Assembly (NCBI RefSeq): GCF_001194135.2 | Contig: NC_068997.1 | Span: 14,081,481-14,145,480 of the forward strand | Reading direction: 5' to 3' | Source: Octopus bimaculoides | Taxonomy: Eukaryota | DNA: 64,000 bases | In this document: piece by piece, positions 11,991-25,217 of the stretch | Position numbering within the stretch: the first letter of the stretch is position 1 | Layout of the letters: every line of letters begins with the position of its first letter | Position numbers and translations under genes: made by a program | Notes under the pieces: model-generated | What the model was told of the DNA's origin: nothing | What the model saw: only the letters and a program-made list of their open reading frames with translations | Databases searched by the model: none

Positions 11991-12585
11991 AAGTTCCATA
12001 CAAAAACAAACAAAAAAAAAAAGAAAGATAGGAGCAAAATAATGGAACCAAATTCAAGGGCAAGCACTGCCAAAATTACTTATAAGAATTTCAGAATCAT
12101 TGATAAAAATATTGATTTATGATTATATATTTTTCTTTTATTGACTTCTTTTGTAAATCTACCTTTATTTCTGTAAATTCTTGAAATTTGTTTTGATGCT
12201 TTAAAATAGGATTTACATTTATGTTTTTGCCTTATTTTTAGAACTATATTATAAGTGACCTTAACTAAAAGAATACCACTGGGTAATTAAAGTGTTCCAC
12301 TCTGCATAAATAGCAATTATAACAGACTTTCAATATTACCATTAAAAATAAACCAAAAAAACGAAAACCCCCCAAAAAACGTACAGAAATAAAAACAAAA
12401 ATCATGATTTTGTACGTCATTGGTTTTTGTTTTATATCATTATATTTATTTTGTTTCTTCTTATGTTTTTTTACTTTACTCAACCAGCTACAAACTCTAC
12501 AAGTTGCAATAGATGTGTTTCAGGATATTAAAGTGCATGTATGTGTGTACATCAATTAATATATGTTTGTGTGCATGTGTGTGTA

Positions 12586-12623
<38 letters not shown>

Positions 12624-12631
12624 GTACATAT

Positions 12632-12718
<87 letters not shown>

Positions 12719-13487
12719 CACACACAAATACATATGTAAAATTACATGCATATATGTATATGTTTTTGTACATATATATATATATATACACATATAAACA
12801 TGAACAGAGTGCCGCCCACATGGTAAAACAAGTTACAACATATGCATACCCCATTTTGTCTTTCATAATAATTTTGCCTCCCCTGAAGAATTTTTGTTAT
12901 TTATTCTTTCAATTATTGCCTCAAGTCACAATTGATTCTTTTATTTCCAATTTAAAGTCGACCATTTCAGGAATTGCTTTATAGAATTCTATAACAGTGC
13001 GAGTCTAAGCTAAGCTTATGGTGTGTGTGCGAAGGAATGTGTATGTGTGAGTGCATGTATGCATGTGTGTGTGTGTCCATGAATGTGTGTGTATACGTCC
13101 ATGGCAGTGTGTGTTAAAAGTTTAATCAATTGTTTTGCCTATACTCTCTGATTTAAATAACCCAAAGGAGACCAACAGGTTAAAAGAAATGAGTGCCTTA
13201 AGAAAATATTGGTAAGAATATATAATGTATATACGTATGAGTGTATATGTATGTGTATGTGTGTGTGTGAGTGTGTATATATATCGTCCAACCCAGGCTA
13301 GCATAGGAAGATGATAATAATATATATATATATATANNNNNNNNNNNNNNNNNNNNNNNNNNNNNNNNNNNNNNNNNNNNNNNNNNNNNNNNNNNNNNNN
13401 NNNNNNNNNNNNNNNNNNNNNNNNNNNNNNNNNNNNNNNNNNNNNNNNATATATATAATAACATATATATATATATATATATATAAT

Positions 13488-13532
<45 letters not shown>

Positions 13533-13679
13533 TCCTTGTAGAATGCAATGCAAAGCTCGTCTTTTACCTGAAGTTATAGGCTACCTGATGTCATCACACA
13601 GCGGAAATGCTCCTGCTACTGGATATTCAGCAGAAATTCCATAGTTTCCATAGAGTTTATAAAAAAAATTAGAATTGAT

Positions 13680-13862
13680 AGAAAATAGAATTAACAATGT
13701 ACTTTATTGAAAGTCACTACATTTGTTTCAAAACATTCTTCCACCCTTTAAAACATAGGTAAGAAAGTTGCACAACAGCTTACCTATGTATTAAAGAATG
13801 TAAGATTGGTTTGAAACAATTGTAGTAACTTTCAATAAAGTACATTGTTAATTCTATTTTCT
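13680..13862. repeat. ~180-bp imperfect inverted repeat (hairpin)
   Basis: Outer arms 13680-13732/13810-13862 (2 mismatches), inner arms 13746-13763/13779-13796 (1 mismatch), 15-nt loop. Confidence 0.9.
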
Positions 13863-13873
13863 GTCTGTCTATT

Positions 13874-13925
<52 letters not shown>

Positions 13926-14112
13926 TTACGAAAGCCCTAGAATTTTGTACCTAAATACTTATATCAAATGATATTAAAAGTACCTTTACATGAAAACCTT
14001 GGAATTTGAGTAACTCATGATATTTGGGCAATAGAATATTACACATACATGTATACTTAACACATGCATATATATACATGTATATATACATAGATGGAAG
14101 AAGATGCACGTA

Positions 14113-14285
14113 GCCAACTGTACAGAGTAGTTGGTGTTAGGAAGGGCATCCAGTCATAATAACCATGTCAAAACAGACAACAAAAGCATGGTGAAGGCTC
14201 CTGTCTGGCCAGCTCCTGTCAAACCATCCAACCCATGCCAGCATGGAAGGTGGACGTTAAATGATGATGATGATCATGACAATGA

Positions 14286-14290
<5 letters not shown>
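14113..14290 (+). mobile_element. Family A RTE-type 3' end
   Basis: gttggtgttaggaagggcatccag...ccatccaacccatgccagcatggaaggtggacgttaaa(tga)n. Confidence 0.8.
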
Positions 14291-14362
<72 letters not shown>

Positions 14363-14384
14363 AACCCCTCGGTGACCATATTTC

Positions 14385-14880
14385 TCTAATAACAGACATA
14401 AACTTCCTGTTGACAAAGAGTCCAGAACTCCAACTAAAGAGTATAAAACCCACTGAATTGTCTTCCCTTACACACACTTCCTGTTTTGACACTACACTTC
14501 CTGCTTAACACATACACTTTCAGACCCTTTCTTTCTTTAAACAAAACACAACTCTCAACCTCATGCATCCTAATGTTTCCAACTATTATCTACATGGATT
14601 ACCATTGAACTTTAAAAACTCAAAGACAATATAATGTATTGGTATATTTATTTTTTTATATATTATTTTTTACTTTTTNNNNNNNNNNTATTTTTTTATA
14701 TATTATTTTTTACTTTTTTGTAAAAAACATTTTCATTCTCTCTCTTCTTGAAAATTTGCCATGCAATGAAAGCCGGTTAGAAATCCCTTTTACACATCTG
14801 TATTAAAATATGCTTTCACTTTAGCATTCTGCCTTATTATTGTTTTTCATTTTCCTATTATTTCTCCATTTACTGACTTA
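14385..14880 (+). mobile_element. Third copy of the putative Penelope-like terminal repeat family of 6381-7136
   Basis: cttcctgttttgacactacacttcctgcttaacac...cttgaaaatttgccatgcaatgaaagccggttagaaatc...tagcattctgccttatt. Confidence 0.7.
14745..14782 (+). ncRNA. Candidate minimal hammerhead ribozyme, U3-A8 variant (second copy)
   Basis: UUC UUGAAAA U UUGC cau GCAA U GAAA GCCGG UUA^ GAA; differs from the 6483-6520 copy only in the stem II loop. Confidence 0.5.
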
Positions 14881-15495
14881 TATATATATACATATGACTG
14901 ACAAGACAAATGTAAGAAGGCACTCAACATATTTATTGGGAGTTACATGTATAGATCAAAACCAATTTGATTCAGACTCCTTGGTACTCTAATTTTCAAG
15001 TGTGTGGCTGGTCTTCAGCTATTGAGATCTGAATGACAGTTCAACTGAAGAGATTCAATGTTTATTACCGGACGTTAGCCTGTGACTGGTTGAGAAAGGT
15101 CACACGGATTAGCGATTTGATATCAGTATTTCAGCGACAACAATTAGTTGTAAAATACTGCATGGTGAACAAGAAATTGACCGTGTGGTGGACAAGAAAT
15201 CGGTCGTGCGGTTGGGAAGAAGTACGAAGAGGTATTAGGTGTGGCGGTATGTATGTATATATGCACATGTATATGCCCATATATCTACATGTATGAATCT
15301 GTACTTATATGAATGTGTGTGTGTGTGTGTGCTTGGATGTACATTCACACATCTGCATGTGCACACAGGCATGTATGTGTATCCATGTGTGTGTGTGTGT
15401 GTGCATACGTGCAGATGTGTGAATGTACGTCTAAGTACACACTCATGTAAGTAGTGATGCATGCACGCAGATATATGGGCATATATATGTACATG

Positions 15496-15549
<54 letters not shown>

Positions 15550-16082
15550 AAGAGAAAGAGAGAGAGGGGGAAGAGAGAGCGGGAGGCACACATACAGAAG
15601 TGTTAATGAAGGCTTAAATAAAAATCTATATACAAAAATCGGAGAAAATATACTGAGATTTATTAATGAAAAAATAGATTTCAGCTGTACTAAAAACCAA
15701 AATTTAACATTAAAACAGAACTGTTATTTAATTGTAAAATTTCCAATAAACAATGTTTATAAATTCTCTGAACTTTTTCAATTAGGAAAGAAACAATAAT
15801 TCTAGCAAATATTTTTTTTCCTATATAACAAATAACAATAAATACATTAATAATGTATCTACTACAATTATACATGTTGAAGTATGTGTAACAATACTCT
15901 TCAGAGAAAGTAGCATTTTTGCCGACATCAATATGTACCTCTTTCATTTTTAATGCTTTCCTCTCCACCCGTATTTTACATTGATCATCCCTTTGAGACA
16001 TCATCAATCTCTCCTTCACACATTTCTTTCAACCCCATTTACTAAGTTGGCCCTACACTCTGACATCCTACCTAACCACATG

Positions 16083-16116
<34 letters not shown>

Positions 16117-17335
16117 CCTCTCTCTCTCTCTCTTCCTCTCTCATTTTTCTCTTGTCTGCTGTATGATTATTACTATTCTTCTGCTCTTTACCTCACCCTA
16201 CCTTTTTCTACACTGACAGTCATATTTCTCTTCCTTACCTCCCAATCACATGTATCATTGGTCATCACTCAACACTATCCAATCTCTACAGTTGTCACCT
16301 ACTCTTCTCTCTTCCCTACTTAACATCCTTCAACACTTGTTCTTTCTTATATTTATCTCCTCACTCATTCCTTATCTCTAACCATCTCTCACTCTCCTAT
16401 ACACTCTTGCAAACTCCATCCCTCCACACTTCCTGTTCCTTTGTACCCACTCACTTTTTCTCACCTTGTATCCACCTTGATACATCATCATCAGTATTTC
16501 CCTTTTTTTCCAGCTCCTCCTTCACCTCTCTTCAACCCTCTCATTTAGGATATGAGGAATCATGTGGCTTCTCTATAGGAAGAAACTTATTCTGACCCCT
16601 TTGTTCACATTTTAACCCTTCATCACAGAGCAAAAAGCCACCTCCCTCTCTACTCTATTCCATGGGGGATGTTAATCTTGCAAACTGCACAATGAAATAT
16701 TAACACTAAAAGATAGCATGTGAACTTCCAGAATTGACATCATGTAAGATTAGTTTTCCTTTTTATTTCAACATGACTAAATCGTCTCTTTAATTTATTG
16801 AAACTGGTAGCATATTTTTCTAAAAATGTAAATTTGCTTTCTCTTATCTATGATAAAGTTTCAAAGCATTTTAATATTTTTTATTTGAAATACACACACA
16901 CAAATACATGCATATATAAGTACATACCTATGTATAAATGTATGTATGCATGTGTGCATACATGTATAGATGTATGTATGTGTGTATGCATGTAAGCGTA
17001 TGTATGTATGTAGTGTTTATGTATGGATGTATATATGTATGTATATGGTAAATGGATCTGTATCAGTTTTGAGAATATGGATTCAATGATTCAATCAGAC
17101 GAACTACCAACTTGTTTATTCAAATTTTTGTAAAAGTGCCTGAGGAATACACTGACATCTGTTAACGTAATTCTCATGCTCAATCAGTGTGACAAAATCT
17201 CTGACAAGGCTGGTCCTTTGTATTACTGGTATTATAGTCAATTCAACAGGTATTCCTGCACAGTTTCCATTTGCCTAATTCCTCTTGCAAAAGATAAGCT
17301 GCACCCAATGCTGTTTAACAATACTTACTCATGAT

Positions 17336-17472
17336 AAATTCTGTCGAGGTCAACTTTGCCTTTCACTTTTTGGGGATTGATAAATTAAGTACCAGTTGCA
17401 TATTGGGGTCGATCTAATCGACTGGCCCCCTCCCCAAACTTTTTGGGCCTTGTGCCTAGAGTAGAAAAGAAT
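17336..17472 (+). mobile_element. Family C tRNA-derived SINE, central domain plus type-2 tail
   Basis: gaggtcaactttgcctttca...gataaattaagtaccagttg...ggccccctcccc...ggccttgtgcctagagtagaaaagaat; inserted into a decayed family B copy. Confidence 0.75.
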
Positions 17473-17549
17473 ACTTATTCAAGATGCCACGAAGTTGGAT
17501 CGACTCTCACAACCTATGATTGCAAGGTGAAATTATTAACCAATCCGCT

Positions 17550-17591
<42 letters not shown>

Positions 17592-18000
17592 TGGCGCATC
17601 CAAATGAAAATAATGAAACACAACTGACAATCATCCATATGAAATTATGATAATGACAGATATGAAATTTCTGTAATTATGTACTCAGAATTTGATGGCC
17701 TCTATCTCACTCACTCTTCCCTCTCTCTTTCCCCTCTCCCTCTAATCCTTTTCTCTCTCTCTCTTTCTCCCTCTCTCTCCCTCTATCAATCTTTCTCCTT
17801 GTTTTCATTCCTTCTTCCTTTTTTTCTTCCTTTCTCCTTTCTTTCACCTCTGTGCAACCACCAGTTTATTAATGATAGTTCTATATTACAACTAATATTA
17901 CTAACAGAAACACACATCCTGTACCACACTGAGACAACAACAGACGTGTGTGTGTGATAATATAAATATATACATATATATATATATATAAACATACATG

Positions 18001-18043
<43 letters not shown>

Positions 18044-18684
18044 NNNNNNNNNNNNNNNNNNNNNNNNNNNNNNNNNNNNNNNNNNNNNNNNNNNNNNNNN
18101 NNNNNNNNNNNNNNNNNNNNNNNNNNNNNNNNNNNNNNNNNNNNNNNNNNNNNNNNNNNNNNNNNNNNNNNNNNNNNNNNNGGGGGGGGGGATTTAAGTT
18201 ATATTAGATTAAAAAAGAAAAATAATAGACAGAGTGAGAGAGGAGGAGGAGAGAGAGAAAGGGAAAGATTTAAATATATATTTAAAATTTAAAAAATTAG
18301 AATATAAGAAAAATGGTAGAATAAAGCAGAAGAGTATAATTAAAAATAAAATATAAAAATCAATGATGAAAACAAGAGAGGATGATGCATCGATAGTTTA
18401 AATTAGACAGAAAACTTAAGATTGAGGAATAAAAAAAAAAATAATAATTACTATAATGATAGAAAATAACATAAAAAGTCAAAAAATTTGCAGAAATTGC
18501 ATGAGAGACTTGCAATTTGATTGACAGCAATTAATAATGTAATCAGATAATTATATTGAACTTTTAATTGACTGAAAGACTTAATGAAGCAAAACTTGTC
18601 AGAAATGACAAAGAAAAGAAAGACAGACGGCGATAGAGAAAAGGAAAAAGAAAGGAAGTGAAATGCGGGAAGAGACAAAGAAGA

Positions 18685-18690
18685 GAAGAA

Positions 18691-18733
<43 letters not shown>

Positions 18734-18900
18734 AGAAAAGTAGAAAGACTGAAACTAGAGCAAGAAGTAGATGAAGAAAACTACATGAAAAGTGAGAGAG
18801 AGTGAGAGAGAGAGTGAGAGAGAGAGTGAGAGAGAGGGTGAGAGAGAGGGTGAGAGAGAGAGAGAGAAAGAGAGTGAGAGTGAGAGAGAGAGGGGCAGAA
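18685..18900. repeat. (GA)n/(GAGAGT)n polypurine microsatellite
   Basis: Direct reading. Confidence 0.9.
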
Positions 18901-19317
18901 AAAGAAAGAATGAAGAAAAACAAAGATACAAACTTATGAACCCCCACCCCCCACCCCACCCTAAAAGAAAAACAGCAAAATTACAGAAAATTAATAAAAA
19001 TAAAACTGGCAAAAATGAAACGACAGCAACAACAATGCCAGCATCAATTATAGCTACTACTGCTACTACTACTATCATCATCATCATCAACCACATTAAC
19101 TGTGGTAGGAAGTTTAGTCTACTTTCAATATAATAATAATAATAACAGAAACTAGAATAGAATGTGAAGCAGAGAGAAGGAAGAAGAGAGACTAGTTGGA
19201 AGGAAAGGGCAGTGGGGGTATTCAGAAGTTTTGTATGTATGTATGTATAAAGATACACATACATTATGTATATATATATATATAATTTATATATATAGCG
19301 TGTATATGTATGTGCAT

Positions 19318-19476
19318 ATGGCTGCTGATGTATGGTAAGAAGCTTGCTACCTGGCTCGTGGTTTTGGGTTCAGTTCCACTGCGTAGCACCTTGAGCAAGT
19401 GTCTTCGACTATAGCCTTGGGCCGACCAAAGCCTTGTGAGTGGATTTGGTAGACAGAAACTGAAAGAAGCCCGTCG

Positions 19477-19510
<34 letters not shown>

Positions 19511-19712
19511 GTTGTGTGTTTGTGTTTGTTGCCCCACCATCACTTGACAAACATATTTGGTGTGTTTATGTCCCCGTGATCTAGCGGTTCGGCAAAACAG
19601 ACTGATAGAATAAGTACTAGGCTTACAAAGAATAAGTCCTGGAGTCGATTTGTTCGACTAAAGGTGGTACTCCAGCATGGCCGCAGTCAAATGAATGAAA
19701 CAAGTAAAAGAA
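19318..19712 (+). mobile_element. Family B tRNA-derived SINE, near full length
   Basis: A-box-like tgtatggtaag and B-box-like gggttcagttcc. The central accttgagcaagtgtcttc resembles the CORE-SINE box (recalled, not searched). It has an internal (AT)(GT) microsatellite and 3' end gcatggccgcagtcaaatgaatgaaacaagtaaaagaat. Confidence 0.85.
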
Positions 19713-20090
19713 TACATACACATATATGATGAAGGAGAGGAGTTGTATGAGAAAGAGAGGGGGAGGGGGGAGAGGGGAGAGAGAGACAGACAGAGAGAGA
19801 GAGGGAGCGACTAGCAGAGTGAAAGAGTATTGTGAGAGAAGGGAGGTGGAGAATCAAGGATGTGGCAGCAGCAAGGAAAGAAAAGAATTAATTTAAGCAT
19901 GATAATTGATGGAAGAATAATTTTGTAAAATGTTTAACAAAAGGAAAGAAAATCAGGCGAAAATGAGTAAAAAAAATTTTAAGATGAGAGAAATCATAAT
20001 TATGATATAAGAAAAAATAATAAAACAAAAGATAAAAATACTAAGCAAAGAAAACAATATTAAACAAATAATTTTTCAATAAAACCATAC

Positions 20091-20123
<33 letters not shown>

Positions 20124-20208
20124 AGTGCACATACACACAAATGCGTATCTACTTATCAATCTATCTAGCTATCTATCTAGCAATCTCTCTCTATTTATCT
20201 ATCTATCT

Positions 20209-20248
<40 letters not shown>

Positions 20249-20424
20249 ATACAAAGAATATATTGTGTACGTATGTTTATATGTGATATAATGAGAAATT
20301 ATAATTATATCATCAGATAAAAAGAGGTAAAGGAAAATTGAAATAATTAAAGTGAACAAAAAATTAAACAGAAATANNNNNNNNNNNNNNNNNNNNNNNN
20401 NNNNNNNNNNNNNNNNNNNNNNNN

Positions 20425-20461
<37 letters not shown>

Positions 20462-20840
20462 ATATATATATACATACATACATATTTGTGTGTGTGGGTG
20501 ATGTGTGTTGTGTGTGTGTGTAGTAACACTTAAATTATATTGAAGAAGTCAGGAGTAATTAGTCTGATTTTTGGGGTGGGGAAGGAGAAGAGACGAGCGG
20601 AAGTGTGGAGGTGTAGGATGTAATACGAGGGGAGGGCATGCAGAGGATTACAGAGCACATGTGTGTGTATATATAGGGTGGTTATAAAGCAAACACGTGT
20701 GAGTGTGTGTGTGTATGAAAAGTGATAAGTAGAGGGAATGGAAGAAGAATAGGGGTTACAAAAAGAAAATATAGTAATAGATGAGAGGTAAATACTTCTT
20801 GAGTGATATAAAGAAAGGAATAGAGTGAAGGAAATATGTT

Positions 20841-20947
20841 GCAGGAGTGGTTGTGTGGTAAGTAGCTTGCTTACCAACCACATAGTTCCAGGTTCACTCC
20901 TATCCTGGGCAAGTGTCTTCTAATATAGCCTCATGCCGACCAAAGCC
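20841..20947 (+). mobile_element. Family B SINE head, truncated
   Basis: gcaggagtggttgtgtggtaagtagcttgcttaccaaccacatagttccaggttcact...tgggcaagtgtcttc...ccgaccaaagcct. Confidence 0.8.
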
Positions 20948-20949
20948 TG

Positions 20950-21403
20950 GTGCACTGGAAACTCTGTGACAAGTATGACATGCACAGAAGTGAGAAAATG
21001 GTATGAGCACCAGCTGGAAATGGTCAATGAAAAGGAAAGATATAAGATCTTGTGGAACATGACCATCCAGTGTAATCATTTTGTTGTGGCTAGAAAACCT
21101 GACATTGTTATTGTATAAAAGAAGAATGAAGTAATTATTGTGGATATAGTTTCACCGTGGAGCATTGTGTTAATGAGAAGGTAAGTGAGAAATGGGAGAA
21201 ATATCAGGAGCTGAAGATGGAAACCAAGAAACAATGAAGAATCAAGCATGTAGAAGTGGTACCGATTGTAATTGGTGCTCTGGGAGCAATTGGTAAAAAG
21301 TTAGATGCATGTCTTGAGAAACTGCTACACATTACCACCAGGACGGGGTTGTTACAGAAAACAGCCTTGTTAGGAACAACGAGGATTCTAAAGAGGGTTT
21401 TAT
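20950..21403 (+). pseudogene. R4/Dong-like non-LTR retrotransposon restriction-like endonuclease (REL) C-terminus, fossil
   Basis: Translates VHWKLCDKY..., KWYEHQ...YKILWNMTIQCNHFVVARKPDIVIV, EKYQELK, VEVVPIVIGALG, LLQKTALLGTTRILKRVL. These are the PD-(D/E)xK REL motifs of R2/R4-group LINEs, with stops and frameshifts. Confidence 0.85.
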
Positions 21404-21769
21404 TCTTTTTCCTTTCTTTTACTAGTTTCAGTCATTTGCCTTTAGTTGAACAAATCAACCCCAGGACTTATTCATTGTCAGCCTAATATTTATTGTATCG
21501 GTCTCTATGCCAAACTGCTAAGTTACGGGGACATAAGCACACCAGCATCAGTTGTCAAGTGATGGTAGGGGGACAAACACAGACACACACACACACATAT
21601 ATATATACAACGGGTTTCTTTCAGTTTCCATCTACCAAATCTATTCACAATGCTTTGGTTGGCCCGAGGCCATAGTAGAAGACATTTGTCCAAGGTGCCA
21701 TGCAGTGGGACTGAACCCGGAAGCATGTGGTTGGGAAGTAAGCTTCTTATCACAGAGCTACTCCTACAC
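21401..21769 (-). mobile_element. Family B SINE, near full length
   Basis: Reverse complement aligns with 19318-19712. Confidence 0.85.
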
Positions 21770-21865
21770 CTGTGTTAGAAATCTGAAGACAGAATGACCC
21801 AAAGGACCTTTGGACATTTAATACAGCTCCCTCTTTCGGTATAGTGTTGGTAACAAGCTGAAGGC

Positions 21866-22275
21866 CTGAAATTTCTGAAAAGCAGTCTGGTCAGTTACAT
21901 GGAACCCACTACTCAGCTAGTAGTTATTCTATTGACCCTGAAACTATGAAAGCTAAAGTTAGCCTCGGTGGAATTTGAACTCAGAATGTAAAGGCCAACA
22001 ATTGGTGAAGTCTAGTTGATTACATTGACCCCAATACTTGACTAGTATTATATTTTATTGACTTTGAAAGGATGACGGCCAAAGTTGTTCTTCACAGGAT
22101 TTGGATTTAAGTTATAATGAGCTTGAAGAAATACTCAAAGGCCAGCAATTAGGGAGGTGCTTTTGATTACATTGAGTTCACTATGTGACTGGTACTTTAT
22201 CTTATCAACCCTAAAAATGAAAAGCAAAGTTGACCTCAGCAGGGCTTGAACTCTGTATGTAAAGTGCTGGGACAA
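21866..22275 (-). mobile_element. Three tandem decayed family C SINE cores (~140 bp each)
   Basis: Each unit has gattacattgacc-like, tgaaag..aaagtt and atttgaactc/atttggattt motifs in the same order. Confidence 0.65.
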
Positions 22276-23154
22276 ATACTGGGAAACATTCTTTTTATCA
22301 ATGTTCTAATGATTCCATCAGCTCACCCCACCACTAATAATACTAATGATAATGAGTATGATGGAAGTGATGATGATGATGATGATGTTGATAATAATAA
22401 TAATAATGATTATAATAATAATAACAATAATAATAATTACAATAATAATTGTTGTAAACAATGAGAATTAAAGGAAACAAAAAAACATTCAAATGTAATC
22501 TAACGCAGGAGAAAAAAAATAAAATCATTAATTAAAGCAGTAGATCAAGAGATCAGAGATCAAAGAGGAAGAGATCAAAAATTTAAAGAGCTGAAATTAT
22601 AGGCTTTATTTACATCGTGTCAACTTGAAATCTTCAGCTTGAATTAACACTACTGCAATTTGGGGAAAGAAAAAAAAAAACAAGCAACAAAATTTTTTTT
22701 TTAATGAAAATTTTAAATCCAGAAAGAGATAAATAGATAAGTTTACAGAATATCAGGGAATGCAATTAAAAATTGCTTTCTCTAATTATATGGATTTAAT
22801 ACTCGTTTGTAAAANNNNNNNNNNNNNNNNNNNNNNNNNNNNNNNNNNNNNNNNNNNNNNNNNNNNNNNNNNNNNNNNNNNNNNNNNNNNNNNNNNNNNN
22901 NNNNNNNNNNNNNNNNNNNNNNNNNNNNNNNNNNNNNNNNNNNNNNNNNNNNNNNNNNNNNNNNNNNNNNNNNNNNNNNNNNNNNNNNNNNNNNNNNNNN
23001 NNNNNNNNNNNNNNNNNNNNNNNNNNNNNNNNNNNNNNNNNNNNNNNNNNNNNNNNNNNNNNNNNNNNNNNNNNNNNNNNNNNNNNNNNNNNNNNNNNNN
23101 NNNNNNNNNNNNNNNNNNNNNNNNNNNNNNNNNNNNNNNNNNNNNNNNNNNNNN

Positions 23155-23219
<65 letters not shown>

Positions 23220-23726
23220 ATATATATATATATTTATACATATATATATATATACATATGTATGTATATATGTATGTATACATCTGGGTGTATATATATG
23301 ATTGTGAAGTGAGAACAAAAAGTAATTTATGAACATTTGTTTCCTCTTCTTTTGATTGAGAATATATTTTCAAAATTTTGTCAATTCCTGTCATCTCTTG
23401 CAAAAGGTAAAGAGTACGAAAGATGTACCAAAGGTCAGATAGACATATTAATCTTTAAGAGGAAATCAAGAAACCATTGCAACAACTACAAGTCATCGAA
23501 TGATGACAATAACAACAATGACAACAAGATTAATATGTATCATCGCCAAAAACAGGAAGAACAATAACAGGGACAAACACAACAATAACACACACATATA
23601 CACACACACACACACGAAACAATAAACAATCACAGTAACTGCTAACACAGCAAGAAATTCTACCATCACTATCTATCTCAGCCACAACCTGTACTACAAT
23701 AACAACATCTACAACAACTATAATCG

Positions 23727-23773
<47 letters not shown>
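23727..23773. repeat. (ACT)n microsatellite
   Basis: Direct reading. Confidence 0.95.
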
Positions 23774-23775
<2 letters not shown>

Positions 23776-24607
23776 ATATATACTACATTCAAAAGAAACA
23801 CAGCACTGGAGAGTGTGGAGAAGAACCATGTGATGTCTTCTGTGTGTCTTTTTGTTATTGGGAAGGAGACTAGCAAGTACATCAGTTTCAGTCAGTAATT
23901 TTGTGATTGCTATTTTTATTGACTGTGATTTTCATCTCTATATTGTCTATTTCTTGTTCTTGGAAGGTCAGAAGATCATCCCCCACTCACATCACACAGC
24001 TGGAGATATTTTTAGGCAGTGTGTTTTGTTTTGTGTTAACCCTGGGTTGCCTTGATTGATCAGACTGATGATCAAAATTATTGAAACCATCATTTTCATT
24101 TACACACACACACACACACAGACATGCACACACATACACGCACATATATATGATGGAGGCTCCCATCAAAGACGATGTATAAGCATTCAGCTTTTGCCGA
24201 ATAACCTGCTCAAATGATTTGTTTGTAATGGTTAACTGTTCATGCTGCCTATTAGCTCTCGCTCTCTCCATCAAATCGACGTTTTCTGAATAGGTGCACG
24301 GTGTACCATGAGTCAGATGTTGAAGTGATCGCAGAGCAATGTGAGATTAAATGTTTTACTCAAGCACACAATACACCACCAATCATGATGGCAACACACT
24401 AACCACTAGGACTAACTGGTATTGAAATTCACATACCACATACAGGAAACTTTTTTTTACCACTTCTATACACCATTTTCTTCAAATAATGGAACTGCAA
24501 CTACAATATATTTATATATCTTAATTCTACTGCCATTCTCTTATTTCCCCTCTATATTCCACACCTTCTTTTCCACAATAATTCAAACTCAAATATTTTC
24601 TCACACC

Positions 24608-24655
24608 GTCTCTGATGAAGGGATATCCATAATATCTCAGAAACAGCTGTAAGAC
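24608..24655 (+). ncRNA. Minimal type I hammerhead ribozyme with complete canonical core
   Basis: GUCU CUGAUGA A GGGAUAU ccaua AUAUCUC A GAAA C AGCU G UA^ AGAC: 4-bp stem I, 7-bp stem II (one GU), palindromic ACAGCUGU stem III and GUA triplet. Confidence 0.8.
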
Positions 24656-24958
24656 TATTTCATTATATAGCTGCTTATAATTATATGCATGGGGCTGTGT
24701 TATGCTGATGAGGAAAAACAGGTTTTCCCCATCATTCCAAAATCAATTGACCCATAGCTGAACTCATTCATGAATCTTTACATTTATTCCATCACTTTCA
24801 GTGTGTGTTTACGTAATACTCAAGGTAGTTTTGCACCATTTAGCATCTTCATTCAGTATGTGGCTTGGCCTGGCCTGTTGTAAGACTTGCATTTTGCCCT
24901 TAACATGGTTTTATAAATATACTTCTAAAATTATACATTATATTAATATAATATATAG

Positions 24959-24990
<32 letters not shown>

Positions 24991-25182
24991 GCACACATAT
25001 AGAAAAGTATGTAGCTGACAGATGCATAGGAGTTATTAACATTGAACTATGGCCCACCAGCTAGTATGTAATAGACTACCAGTCACTAAAGTGATTATTA
25101 ATATAGCACAAAATTTGAAGAGGATTACAATATTAGTGCTAGTTGCGACTACTACTACTAATGATGATGATGATTACAAAAA

Positions 25183-25217
<35 letters not shown>

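Noticed and set aside
15860-15912. Minus-strand CTGAAGA GTAT-loop-ATAC ... ACATGT
   Set aside because: GAAA is missing (TTCAAC) and there is no stem I; a similar weak case at 14990-15030 was also dropped.
18941-18961. C-run cluster with G-quadruplex potential on the minus strand (also ~2728-2746)
   Set aside because: Isolated low-complexity runs with no promoter or other functional context.
24060-24095. CTGATGA...TTGAAAC
   Set aside because: The only possible stem II consumes G12, and there is no stem I or palindromic stem III.
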